DNA of 64,000 bases from Takakia lepidozioides (Eukaryota; Plantae; Bryophyta), in the NCBI GenBank assembly GCA_030704615.1, contig CM060731.1:65472001-65536000 (forward strand). Direction: 5' to 3'. A program made the translations under genes and the position numbers. Of this stretch, positions 1 to 13,264 are shown in pieces (within the stretch, counting starts at the first letter, position 1; each line of letters starts with the position of its first letter). The notes below the pieces were generated by a model, which was not told where the DNA came from, did not search any database, and saw nothing but the letters and a program-made list of their open reading frames with translations.

Positions 1-2506
1 CACGGAAGATGAGATGACGCGGAGCTAGCCATCAGCCCGATGCAAAATAGATATGACAAAGCAACTGAAACAATGTGTTGGAGCTGCATGATGTGCAGCG
101 TCGAAAATGAAAATATCGAGAGTAGGACGTGAGCGTGGGTCATAGATATGGTTGCTCACGCAGTACATGATACCCTGCCTCCCAGCAATAGATGTCACCG
201 CATCGCGAACCATATCATAAGACGCAGCGCTCACCACCACATGGACAGCGGAGGAGATGGATGGCAAGGTCATCGATGGGCTGAAGACAGACGCACGTTG
301 AAGGCCCAAGGCCGAAGGATGAGACAAACCGAGTCGAAGGCGGAGCGCAGTAGTGAAAATAGGGGATGAGAATGAAAAGGCGATAGTGGGTCGTGCTGCC
401 AACCATGCCCCTGCTCCGGGTCCTGCGCATGATAGAAGTCGGGCTCGATGCAACTCAGAAGAAGCACTTGAGAGCATGCCGGAAAAGAAATGACGGTGTA
501 CGCGCTCGGAAATGGACTCCTGAAGATGGTCGAGGCCTTGAGCAGCCAACTGCTCAAATGGTGGTAGACATGCTCGCGCCAGTGCCGGAAGAAGATCTCG
601 TGCAGAGCGGAGATGCTGCTGGAAGGGTAAAATGTCACTGTCGACATGTGTAACGGCGTCCATAAGGATGGGACGATGGTCACAGAGAAATCATGAAGCG
701 AGGGCTGGCGCCACCAACGCCCAACTGTCGATGAAAGCTGACGGGGCGGTAGTGACAGTGGACAAAAGACCCACACCACCGGAAGAGACGGCAGGTGGCT
801 TGCTGTCGTGGCAAAAGTCCCTGAGCACCCTCCAGAGCTCCTGGTCCTAACAATCTCCCGAAGATAGTTATCATGGTAGTATTAAACCCAGATAAGAGGT
901 GTAGGAAATCTGGGCTGGGTGGAACAGTGCGCAAGAGATATGAGTGACGCTGAAGGAAACATTTGGTCAAGATTCCATATGCTACATGTACATCTCCGAG
1001 CCTAGGAAGGAGATCGGTGTGGGTGGCATCCTGGTGGAGTGCATCGGAGTGCATCTTCCAAGAAGGACGTTGTGAATTGGGTGCCAAAAGGGACTCCCAG
1101 GATTCTGATGTCATTGGGCGGAACAATGAAGTGAGCATGGAGGACAAAATCTGCAGGGAAACCGGACGGAGACCACACCGCACATTTGCGAGGTTGCACT
1201 GAAAAGCCCACGGCAGAGAGTTGGGTGACAAAATGATGGTAAGCTGAAAGTACCTGTGAGGCAGGGCCTACAATGCGTGTCGTCTGCCATCGACGGAAAA
1301 AGACAAGATGAGTATACTTGTGCAGAAGCCGTGAGGGCGCGACATGAGCCATGGCAAACAAAGGTCCTCGTAAAGGGTCGCCTTGGCGGGTCCCAACCTC
1401 AGACTGAAAGCACTCACCTAGGCGAGAATGATGACTGTAGTATAGGGGAGTGGTGGATGCATAGAGTAATCGAACAAACGGAATGAGCTGGTGGAAATCT
1501 CCTCCGACTGAACGGAGCTCCTGAAAGATAGCCGCTCGTGACACAGTGTTGAAAGCGTTGGTGATGTCGACCTGGAGAACCACCCAATCCGGATGAAGAT
1601 CAAGAGCTGCACAAATCCCCTGAACCACCGCCTCGCAACCTCCTGGAGTGGCGACCCTGAACTGGTGTGGAAAGAGGTGTCCGGAGAAGGCATCTCGAAA
1701 CTGAAGACAAAGTGAGCAGCTGACAAGGCGGTAAAGACCTCTCCAACTACGATAGGGCGGATGCCAGTACCTGAGGGTTTGCTCATAGCCAACAATCTGG
1801 AGGCCCCAAGGAAACGGGCCACTGGGGCAGGATACGGCCAGCAGCAATAAAGGATCAACTCTGAAATAGCTGAGAGAAGCCACTAGCAGAGTCCGGTGGA
1901 GAGAAACAGTCGCGTAAGTGCTCATACAAGTCGAAGTCCTCGACAAAGAGCGACAAATATCCTGAGCTGATGGGTGAAGGGCTTCGAGGGCAGTGACAGT
2001 ATCCGGTGATGGAGGCGCTGGTGAGGAAGGTGCTAAAGCCTTGGCCGCGCGTGAATACTCGCCAACGCGGCCTAACATGAGACTATGACGAAGTCACATG
2101 TGGGCCGATGAGGGTGGCTGCGTGGAGGAAGCGGGAGGGGCGCGTGCCGCAAGGGCTAGTGCCCGTAATTGATGCTCATCTTGCAGACTCTCCCAATCTC
2201 CAGATAAAACGGCGAAGACGAATGCGCGTCTCTCTGTGCCCTGACTGACCGCCACGAGGGGGCAAAACCAAACACCACTAAGAAAAAACAAGAAAAGATA
2301 CCATGCTGGTATATCATCAGGATCACGAGCCAGAATGTCTAAGGGCAGACGAAGTGCCAGTTGGACCTCATGACGTAGTGCCACCGGAATTCTGTATAAA
2401 GACGGGCCTTGGCAGTCCTAGCTGAAATGGCCCCAGAACATCTAGCGCTGAAAGCCAATGCTATGCAGAGGCAAGAGGTGGCGCGTGCAAGACATTGGGC
2501 TGAAAT

Positions 2507-2680
2507 CAACGACGCAATGGCGTGAGCGTTGCGCGTGAGCGCGCGAGCGTACGCTCACGCCAGCTGACGTGGCGTGAGCCTGCACACACGCAGACGTGGC
2601 ATGAGCGTCATGTCAGCATGCTGATGTGGCGGTAAATGATGACGTGGCACTGTCCGTCATCTGCCACGTCAGCATTAACA
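2507..2680. repeat. MULE left terminus: clustered GCGTGAGC and GACGTGGC (G-box/ABRE-like) motifs
   Basis: Multiple GACGTGGC/GCCACGTC and GCGTGAGC/GCTCACGC copies within about 170 bp; the same motifs occur at the right end. Confidence 0.75.
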
Positions 2681-3012
2681 TGCGCCGCCTATAACCGAGG
2701 ATGGTCCTATGATCGTGGAATTAATGCAGGGAATCTTGCCTAAATATAATCAAGACGAGCGTTGAGGCCTACAATTGCAGCATCCAACATTGTGCAATTA
2801 CAAATGCTTGTTTCACTTTTACAATTACGAGGACGAAAAAATATCCTCACAAAGTGTGCGCCATAAAAGGCTGCCACGGAAGACCTTCCTCCCTCCTCAA
2901 ATAACAATGAGAGTTAGGATCATCTTCAAAAGATGATTGTAGTGCATAGCGACAAATGTGCACTATCTAAAAGTTGTCACTCAGAGCTCACTCCGTATAG
3001 TTGAAGGCCATA

Positions 3013-6000
3013 TCATTGCACCGCCGACGAATTGATGTGAATTACACATTTTCAAATCATGGTCGTCCACATACCACATTGCATAGTTGATGCTACCCAT
3101 GTGTTGTATCCCGCTGCAATAGAGTATCGACCTCGTTGAAACTCATAGTGGCCTGGTGAATGAAGTTGTCACGTTTGGGATCGCAAACCATCATCTTCAA
3201 AAATATGAAATACAAATGTTTGCAGGGTATGAATTTACCTCTCTTGCCCAAACTGGTTGATAGCATATTCACAAAATCAGGACATGTGCAATTGGGGAAA
3301 TTGGAAACCGTGATGTCGTAGGTCCTGTCATGAACAGCAGATGTGGAAGTGATGATTGTGAATACCCGACCATATCCTGGATGGATACTTCCGTGGTGCT
3401 TCCAACACGAGCTTGGAGCATTCTTGCGGACTCCACTTTGCCAAAGTGTTCAGCGGTTGGAGGGAAACGCCGAACGAGCTTTCCATCTCGTTTGGTTGGT
3501 CACAAGTCAGGATTTGTCGGGGGGACCCGGAGGATGCAGAAGTAGTAGCACATGCATGGAGTTGGGGTTGTACTCGCAAGGGAAAAACCTGCCTCCTCCA
3601 GCATTTCAATCTCCTGAAAGCTGAGATGTGTTCCCACCTTCACGGGCCAAACGGTTGGAGGAGATGGCTTCATCACTACGGAAGGACGCACAGTTCCATG
3701 CACACATCTGGCACAATCATCTGCGCAGAACCAGAACTTGTGTTCTTGGCTTCTGGTTGACCGTATGGACGCATCAAGCCCGTGAAAGTCGGAGCAGGAG
3801 TTCGGGCCACCTCTGGATATAGATGAAGTGCACTTCTCGAAATTAGTTGCCCTGATCGCTGTACATTTCACACGAGACCCTACACTTGTGCGTTCTATGT
3901 GCCAAACGTGGTCGGGGCATGCGGACTCAAGCACATCAAGGGGGTTGTTTCTCTCCTGCACCATTTCAGTGGCACTGTTTGATGCTGGAGCTTGCCGTCG
4001 TGTTGGAGGTTCCTCCACAATGGAGGTTCCGGACATGGAGCTGTCATGCAGGGAAACGAGGCTTCGAGAAGTTATCACGGTCTGCCCTGTGGGAATCTGA
4101 ATCCGAACCAGGTGGAGTGTTCAATTTCCTCTTACAGGAGCCGAATCTCTCCTCCCTTCAAGATGTGGAACTCTAGAAACAAGTGGCGTTCCCTGGGCAT
4201 ACATGCTCACCGCCCGTGCTATCTTGATTGGATCCCCAGATCTGTTTGCAGCACGCAACATCAACTCCCATTTGTCCGGACCCTTGCCACCAACCCCACC
4301 TCGTAAGAAATCACGGTATCGGGTTTGTTGTTGCAAGGCACGTATCAAATCATCTGTTGTTGCCACATACAAATCCCGACCTCGTTTCCCAGACTGCTGC
4401 AACCATGCGTTGTGCACAGTTTCTGCCAAATTGCAAGATGGCATGTCCGCCATTTCCTCAATGGACATGTTCTGCAAAGTGCAGAACCACACTTCAAAAC
4501 AGTGAACAGAAAACAACATAAAGAAAGCGAGGACACAATAAAATGGAAAGCAAATGTATGAATAAAGCAATAAATATAAGCCTCGTACCAATGCATGGCT
4601 GCTCCCACTGTCTATACCGGAAGTGCCAAAACGCCAATCTTCCAATGCTCTCATACTCTCAAGTGATGCAGCTCCAGAAGAGAACCACCAGGCACGAATT
4701 GTCTGGAACAAAGTGTCCGCCTCCTTCATTGTTCTAGCATCTTTGTACTCTTTGCACAATTTACGGTGCTGAGTCTGCATCTCTGGTTTGATGTCCGACT
4801 TTGTATGTTTTTCCAGAGATTGTGTCCAATGGAATAGACATGTACGCTCTCTCTTCCTGCATAGGCACTTTTGGGTCCCCGATCCGAAGACAATACGAAC
4901 AGCATTGAAATTTGCTTGAGCACTATCCGCCATGAAACCTGCGAAATTTGGAGATGGCAGCCCATGGCAGCCCATGACACGTATCAGGGAATTCCACATG
5001 AGCTTCTGGGATTCCGTATCCTCGGATTGCATGTCACAAACTGCAATTGTCATAACTCGTTGGTACACTGGATCGTAGACATGACAAGCCATTGTCGTCC
5101 AATCCTTCACTCGTTTCACATGATCAAACATAAGAAAACAGTTCTGCAAGTCCCCAGTCTTCTGCATCCGCTTCACGAGGCTAACCCCACTGCCCTCCCC
5201 AACAGTCGACATTTTGAAAAGAAAAACTTTGATGGCACCTTGACCTGGGAATACATTGTCCTGGATGTAATCGTACTTGCTCACTCGTTTCAATTCCAAA
5301 ATGTTGTCTATGTAGCCTCTGATCCCAGAGCCCATTCTCAATGCATTGATCTGATGCCGAATGTTAGGTGAACTTAAAGTGGAGAAATGATCCATGACCA
5401 GGTCCAATGCTGCACCGTCAAGTTTAGTCCCCACAGAATCCCCTTCACTCAAAATATGGCTTTCCAAGAAGGACTTGCTTGCGCCAAGAGCAATTGCAGA
5501 TGTTGTTGCGGATGGGTTTCTCCCGAACTCCTGTTTAATCAACCTCGATACTGTCTCAACACTCTCCCTGTAATCCCCCTTCGAGACAGGATGGTTATGG
5601 AATCCGAAATGCACACAAGCTCTTGTCATTGTTTTCAAACGGTGGACAACATAGTACATTCTTGCTCCGCAGAGCGCCAAGCAGGATGGCACAAGTTTGC
5701 AGAATTTGCAGACGAAAGTGTTTGCCGGTGGAGGGGCAGTCCCAGGCTGAAATGGATTTTCCGCCAGACCCTCCCATTCGCTTTGATTATGAAAGAAAGT
5801 GTCTGCAATTCAAATTATCACACCTAAGGTGTCCATTGCAAACTGTCCTCCTGAAAACAAGCTTGTCATCATTCTGAATATTGGATGTTTTTGTTCTGCA
5901 CCACGGGTGCCCGTCGTGTTTCTTGTCCATTCCATGCATCATGATTGTTACACCTCCAACTCGCGGAGGAGGAGGCAGCTCGAATAGGATATCGCCATCA

Positions 6001-6584
6001 AAAGTCTCCGGCAAGAACTTCACAGGCACCTGCTTCAAAGATTCCCAATCAATTCCCCGCAACTCACTTTTGAATCCAGCCATTCCTCCCATCGCCCGCA
6101 ATTTTGGAATGACACTACAAATCTCTTCTTCATCAGCTTCTCCAACCACAGTAGGAAGGACTGGATTTGGAATTTCACTTATGTCATCATCGGACGAATC
6201 CGAAAGCTCAACGATTGGAGTGGAGGACGTCTGTTCTTTTTTCACCACCACCTCCCTCTTGTCTTCAACGACCGAAGCAGCAGTCCCGGGCGTCACATAT
6301 GACCCAAGGGACTTTCGCCGAGGCTCTCCAAGTACTCTGTATCGACCAGGACGCACTCTCCACTGGCTGATATGAGCCGTCTCATCACGGTTTTGGAAAG
6401 AGTATTTCAACAACTTCCCTTTAAGATCGTACACCTCTTTCTCCAAAAAGATGGAGCCATTCTGCAGCTGAAAACGGGTAGCCAAGACATGTTCCAGAAC
6501 AATTGCAAATCCATTGTCAAGGACTTCCTGGGAGAACGGCACTGGTTTGTCGTCAGAGAAGAACTCCGCTTCAGAGGAAGCCAT
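3013..6584 (-). CDS. MULE transposase (GCM/WRKY-like Zn domain, DDE core, C-terminal SWIM), with indels; intron 4472-4588
   Basis: ORFs 5787-6584, 4121-5692, 3500-4078. Motifs: W..TSN..CNGHLRC..C..CKFC..C..VHFGFHNHP; FLMFDHVKR, FMADSAQANFNAV, CLFH (CxxH), CNLAETVH; SWIM YDITV..CTCPDF..PCKHLYF. GT..AG intron. Frameshifts differ between copies. Confidence 0.85.
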
Positions 6585-7435
6585 CTTCCTTCCTCGCGTA
6601 CGTTTACCTTGCTATCGCAGATCTAGTGTAAATCGGTTTACTGATGTCTCCAGAACACAGTTGAAGAATGAGCAGAGAATATGGCGGAGGAAGCTCAGAC
6701 AACGACTGTGCATATTATGTTATTCTTTCCAGATATGCAGCCGTCCATTTTAATTACTTTTCTTGTGGGCCCAGTGGTCAGAGTATCCCTAGGAGCAGTG
6801 TCGGCAGCTGTTAAACCGTTAATCAGAACCTCATCAATAAACCCAATAACAAAGCCGACTTCCTGGAAGCATGCCACAGGATCTGAGGATGGATTGCAGA
6901 TTAAGTAAATGTATCTTTATACTACTACCAATGATCATGCGCACCTGGAAAGTTCCAAATGTGAAACGAATGTGGGGTTTGGCTAACAAGGATGACCGTG
7001 TATGATATTCCAAAATTTGTCATCAAACTCTCGTTCATTTACATTTATTTGTGTAAGACTGTGCGCCAAGATTTCTGGGATTCGCTGTTATTTTTAAATA
7101 TTGAAACCGTTCTAATAAAGAACACGCCGTTTATTTTGGGCGACACGTCAGACATCCATAACTGAATACGAACAGCTGTACACCAATTGCTGGCATGTGC
7201 ACTAATAAGGGAACGACTATGTGTAACGGTCACGCGAGAGGGAATCCGATGCTTCTAGAGACAAGCAACAACGCAGGCAATCCCGCAAGAAATCGGGAGT
7301 CACTGCGTTTTTCTACTTTTCGCGCTTAGAGAGAGAGTGGTAGTCAAGCTGGAGAGGGTTCCTTCTACAATACGAAAGAGAAGAAAGTCTCTTTATTTTA
7401 CTTCCCTTAGAGAGAGACGCAGAGCAAGAGAGCAA
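6585..7435. promoter_or_regulatory. Putative bidirectional promoter/5' UTR region of the MULE genes
   Basis: About 850-bp region between head-to-head ATGs at 6584 (-) and 7436 (+); inferred from gene layout only. Confidence 0.45.
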
Positions 7436-10400
7436 ATGACGAGGCGTCGTTTGTTGGAGAACACAGGGCCAAGGCAGCAGGTGAACGCGGAGACTGATTC
7501 ACAAGAGCAGACGGAGACTGAGGCAGCGGCTGTGACACAGTCGGCGATAAGAGTGCGCCAGCCTGTGGATGCAGAGATGATCGCAGGGACACTGAAGGAG
7601 GTGGAAGCACGAGGAACGCCGAACCGGGAGAAGGTCCAGAAACCCTAGAGCAGACAGAAAATTCCAGCAGATGTGAGAGGGAAGAGGAAAGCTGCAGAAG
7701 GGGATCCAATTTTCAAAACCTAAGAAGGCGCCAGTAAGTTTTCTCTAACTTACATTTCATTGTTGAAGATCTGCGTAGAGATTGAGTGGAATGTCCCAGA
7801 CAGGGATTGTCGCTACCGACCATCACAACGGTGATTTGCTTTCTACTCCTCTGCTAAGGGTTTACCGCACAATGAGTGGGTGACTGACGGTACCGTCAGT
7901 TGTTCAGATCATACAGTCTGTCTGATTGCCTTTCAAGCAGTCCTTCCTCTTCCATGCTGGCGACGTAATCACAATGGAGTCAATCTGAATAATCTGCACT
8001 TACTGTCCGCCCTAAACTATACTGAATGTCGTTGCCGCCAATCACTTACACATAGATGTCATTACACAACACCGATCCGGCAGGTCCTTATCTTTTGTGA
8101 TTGTCGTTAACGCGCGTTCGCTATCGCTCTCGCTTTTGTTTTGAATACGGCAGGATCAGCTTTGCTTGTGTAGATTGCTGAATTGTTTCACACCATTCAT
8201 AGTGAGTTTCTTGAGACAGAGTGATGGTCGTTACCGCCGTTCACTATTTGCAAATTACTCAGTCAGAATTGAATGGCATCGTGCAGAAAACTGTGAGGTC
8301 CAAGCCTACAGGATCAGAGGGGAAAGGATCTGGAGATGGGGACGAGTCCGGAAAAAGCTCAGAGAATACAGATGAAGCAGATGAATCTGAAGTGCACTAC
8401 CTTGACAAGGTGAAAGAACTCATGTCATTCCAGAAGGTAAACTCTCAGGAGGTTATAAGGGACATGCTCGTATCTGGAGGGCGTCTGGACATCCCTCTGT
8501 GCCGGATGATATCTATGCCTGTTGTGCGTCCACCTCTTTCCCATGACATAACAAAATTGGAGAGTGATTTTGTGCATGGATATAGACTTGGTGCACAAGT
8601 TTTTTATGTGTCACTGACGGATATAAATGGGAAAAGCACATTAGTGTCTCCAGAGATCAGTGATAACTGGGATGAGTGCTGGAAAGATGCCAATGAGGAG
8701 TTCGAGCTGGGCCTCATGATGGGAAAGAACACCCAGCAATTCTGCAACCACATGTTCTACGTCTGGGACGGCAACCACCGATTGCTGGCATGGATGGGAT
8801 ACATTCAGAAACACCATGCGAAAGACAAAGACAAGCATGTTGCTGTGGAGGCAATGGTTTTGGATCCTGGAAACGACATCGCTAGGCTTCTTACAGCTAT
8901 GCACGACGTGAACAAGTAAGTCATCCAGGAGATTTCATTCCCTCTGTAGTGTCTTATTAATCCCAAAAAACAGTGTTAAGGAATGCAATGTTTCCAATGT
9001 TTTTGCAGATCGACAGAGAAATCGCATGTGACAACAAGCTTGGTCCACACACTATTCCGAATTCAGAGGATTGGTCTGATGAAGCTGGATGATTTTCGGA
9101 CAGTACTCCACCCAAATATAATAAGAAGTGCGAAACGGGAAGAGCTGCAGGACTTGGTATTCTTGACACGAGAGGCGTTTCTGGAGTACATGTATCGCTA
9201 GCCCGAGTCTGTACTCAGTTTACTTTTCGAATACATGTTTGTAGTCCCTTCGGTGCTAATCACTATTGAATCAATGCAGCAAGAACTGGCAGAGGCAGCT
9301 GAGAAGGGAAAACCGAATATTACCGCACTACACCAGAGGAACTAAGGACATCAAAGGTGTGGAAGCTGCAATAAAAGAAGGAGTTTGAAATGCGAAGAAC
9401 CAAATTGATGTCCGCCTTCGAAAGCAGCTTAGAATAGTAGATCTGGACTTGGTTCTGAGTTCCTTCAGCAGATCAAAACACACTATGACAAGCATGTGCA
9501 TCCGGAGATGCAGCAGGAGAAATTGCACCGGCTGGCCCATATCGATGGTCGACCACAAACAAAAATAAGGTGGCTGGAGATATGGAACTCAGATCAAACA
9601 GTAAAGGACTTGAATCAGTTCCAAAGAGCACCATACAGCCTGACACAAAGGTGGAAGGAATCAGTGATTTGGTGTTTGATAACTGGCTCCACAAGGCTAC
9701 ATTTTGGAGTCAGGTGTGTATTCAAATATTCTTTTCTTCAAGTATGTGATGAGTATCTTATTTGCAATCTGACAAATATACAATTGCAGCTCGAAAAGCG
9801 CGCCGTCGTTGTGCTGGATCAGACTTTGAAGGACCTGAACATTTCGATTGTTTCCCCTCCCCAAATGTCATTGGAGGCATACATAAGGAAGTGGAGAGGT
9901 CTCACCTGGAGATACTGTTTTTTCCGGGAGTTCTCCAAAGATGGTAACATTTTACGGTCCAACGACTTTGACAGTCAGGTTGGAGGAGAGTGGGCCATGA
10001 TGCGAGTTGTGTACAGGTGCAATGTCATACTGGAAACTCTACTATTTTTTGGGAAAAATGTGGCTTCATAAGGATTGCAATCATAGATCCAGATTGAATG
10101 TCGTCGACGACATTCACTTCTTTGTCTGAGTCATTCTTAAGCGAGTATATGAATTCATCTAAGGGTGTAATTATAGTGTCCCTGATTAGAATTGATAATG
10201 TCCTTGAATGGCGTTGACGACATTCACATCCGAGTTGTTGAGAGGTCCTCAGAGTTATGTAATTTTTGTATGTCCATAGAGTTTATAGAGGGTTCCTCAC
10301 TTCATTTGCTGAATGTCAATGCAGACATTCAGTTGTTCTGCATTGTTTTTGCCTCTTGCGAGGAATCAGGAGGCTTGATAAGCTGTGTTATGAGACAAAT

Positions 10401-13139
10401 TGTTGATGACATTCACTTCTGTGTCTGTATTATTCACCAGCGACAATTTGAATTTACATGGATTGGGAGCTAAGTAATTGGTTCCTTGTTGGTATTTTGT
10501 GAATGGCGTTGACGTACAGTGTTGTTGTGAGGTCCTCAGTGATATGTTCGTTATGAATGTGCATTGAGTTTTCCGGGAGGGTTCCTTACTCGAGTTTATG
10601 ATTTCCATCCTTTGATTTTGCTTCATTTGAGGAATAATTAGGCTTGATTAGGAGTGTATTCACAAATCCAAAGTGAATGTCGTTGACGACATTCACTTCT
10701 ATGTCTGTGTCATTCCAAAACGATAGTTTGCATTCACGTGGATTAGGTGTATTTATAGTATCATTGAATGGAATGTTTTGAATGGCGTTGACGACATTCA
10801 CATCCGGAGCAGTCGTGTGGTCCTGAAAGGTCCTTGGAGCAATTCTCAGAGCCATTTTCATTATATGTTTTTTTCCATTCTGTTCTCTTGCATCTTACTC
10901 ACTGAGCGCTTTGGTGGTTGGGATTTATCTCCTATTTTTCAGGTACACGAAATATGTGCTTATGGAAGGAAATCACCTGAGCGGAATTCCAGACTATCTG
11001 ACATGTGGTCGGACCCTGCAAACAATCCAACCATGTATACTGCAGGGATATTGAAGGACTGGAGTCCTTCTCACTTCAGAGACTGTGGGGTGGTACCTTG
11101 ACTGCCCACCGGAGCACACGACCTTTCAAGAACAGCATATGAAATACTTGAACAATAACGCTGAGATGCTGGCGCCTCTGACTGACGAAGAGTACCAACG
11201 AAACATAGCAACATTGGCTGCCAAGGAGCCTGATGCTCAGGGAACGCCGCAGAAGGGAAAGAAGGCGGGCCGCAAACCAAAAGACAAGGTTGTTGATGTC
11301 ATAGCCATCTCACCAGCAAAGCCAAAGGACAAAGACAAGTCCAAAGAAGGAAAAGACAAGGGGAAGGAGAAAGAAAAGGAGATGGAGAGTGGGCAGGACT
11401 TTACTGCTGGAAGATATACCCGCACTGTTCAGTGCGTGTTCGATGCCAAGCCACACCCTTCCCGTTCTGATTCGGCAGGAGAGATGAAAATTGTTAATGA
11501 GGTTGGCTGTCGATGATGCAGAGTCGAAAGAGAGGATACACTGGGGTGCCTTCGCCTACCTGGGACAATATAATCTCATTCCTCAATCTGGTGAGAATTC
11601 CAGTTTCTTTCTTTTTTCTCTGAAAGTTTCGTTGGCAGTATTTCAGTCTCGTTCTTTGAAAACATTCTTGCCATCGTTCTTATAAAAAACATGTCTGTTG
11701 CAGGTGAGCACAGTCCCACCTTCGTGTGCGGTGTGCAGAAAACATATGCGGCCGACATTGTCATTCTCGACATCCCGGATGGCCAGGCTGTGCCAGAAGT
11801 TCTTCCAAAGGGCAAGACGTCAGGCTGGAACAAATTCGAGGACAACTACTGGAGTTGGGTGTTCGGGTTCTGTAATAACTTCCTCTCTGATGCAGGGACA
11901 CTTCTGCTTTTTCAGTCATGTGACAATGATAGTCGTCGGGCATTGGCATCATACCTCAAGTCTTCAGGGTTTGAAGTTTTGCGCACATGGAATTGTGTGA
12001 ACAGCCTCTACCTTGTGAAAGGGGGTTTCCCTGGTCAGCTGGTATGCCGTCTCCTTCTGCTTGTGCTTTCATGATGAGTTTCAATGTTCTCTGCAGCTCC
12101 TCTAGTAGAATCTTATGATCGACACCGATCATCACCGATTCGTGATAAAAATGATTTTTGTGTCTGAGTTCTGAATAGCCGATGTACACACTTCCACTAT
12201 AGATTGTGTTTACCACACTAACCTGCTATCTTGGCAGACGAGGATGTTCGAGGCGATCTGCCTGCGCAGGATTCGCACCTCCAAGACACCATCCTCCATC
12301 CGCAGCTTTGAGATTTCTGACCAGGGTTGTTTCGTCAACCCCCCCTATGAGCCCATGTCGATGACATTTTGTACAACTTCATGCAGTCCAGTCAGACTCT
12401 GAAGAGACCAGATGGCACTCCCTGGAGAGGTGCAAAGGAAAAGTCCCCAGCGTTCATGCAAATACTGCTGGAGTCATGCAGCCACCACTCTGCACGGGTG
12501 GTCGATCTTTCTGTGTCCACAGTTCGTTCTTTTCCCTTCCGAATTGGTTTTCTTTCAACAGTTTCATCTGCTTAAATCCCCCACCAAACTGTTTCATGTC
12601 CTCCTGTGTGGTGCAGGAGCAACTTACCATGCATGCAAGGCAGGCGGAAGAAGCCTTTTTGGCATGGAGGGTGATTCTGACCTCTACAACACAGTGCTCC
12701 TCCCCCTTTTGTCTGGCTCCACTTCAGGCACACAGACTGATCGGATTCAAATTTGAAATGATGACGATCCCGAAGATAAGCAGGTCGACAACGACTTTTC
12801 ATGTGAGTAAGTGCTAAACCCTCTTTGGGAGCCATACTCAATTTCTCAATAACATCAAAGTTACAGTAATAACTTTTTCAGGCTGTCTTTCAGGAAAGGC
12901 AGCGGTGGATCTTCAGGAGATACAGTCATTTCTGGCGAGTCTGTTTTCGACAGCCCCTTTTCCAATTTTCTGCTTCCTGTTTATGCCGAAGCAATGGCAC
13001 TTCACGCGGCCGAGTCCCTATCCCTGACTTTTTACTGCCCAGCCGTAGGTGTATCCAGCGTGGATCCGGTGTTCTAAAATACTTAGACTTAGATGCAGAG
13101 GAAGCGGGGATACATTGTACTGACTCTGAGTCAGACTGA
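7436..13139 (+). CDS. Multi-exon MULE cargo gene: ParB/Sulfiredoxin-like domain fused to a beta-class N4C/N6A DNA methyltransferase-like domain
   Basis: GT-AG exons approx 7436-7733, 8265-8914, 9009-9198, 9280-9713, 9790-9945, 10943-11570, 11704-12041, 12238-12521, 12617-12805, 12882-13139. FYVWDGNHRLLAW (DGNHR 8767-8781). ADIVILDIPDG (DIPD 11769-11780) followed by WN..FCNNFLSDAGTLLLF. EKSPAFMQILLESCS..RVVDLSVST|GATYHACKAGGRSLFGMEGD resembles the N6_N4_Mtase motif X/I block. The exon model is approximate. Confidence 0.75.
10095..10806. repeat. Intronic degenerate tandem repeat (about 290-bp period) with GAATGTCGTYGACGACATTC palindromes
   Basis: Perfect palindrome 10095-10116; 28-bp palindrome with a central mismatch 10671-10698; variants near 10206, 10309, 10400, 10501 and 10780. 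Confidence 0.8.
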
Positions 13140-13264
13140 ACTATATTCTTTTAATATTCATTTCATACTATCTGGAAAACGTTGAATCCCCTTCCTCCAC
13201 CGTAGTTGTTCCTTTAGAACAAATAATAATCACAGAATCAACTTTATTTAAATTGCAATATGTA

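Noticed and set aside
10095-10806. CRISPR-like array (palindromic repeats with spacers)
   Set aside because: Spacing is irregular and long, spacers are homologous to each other, the array sits in a eukaryotic intron and no cas genes are present.
7436-13139. Bacterial or phage contamination as the source of the ParB/MTase motifs
   Set aside because: The gene has GT-AG introns and lies inside a TSD-bounded eukaryotic transposon next to plant genes.
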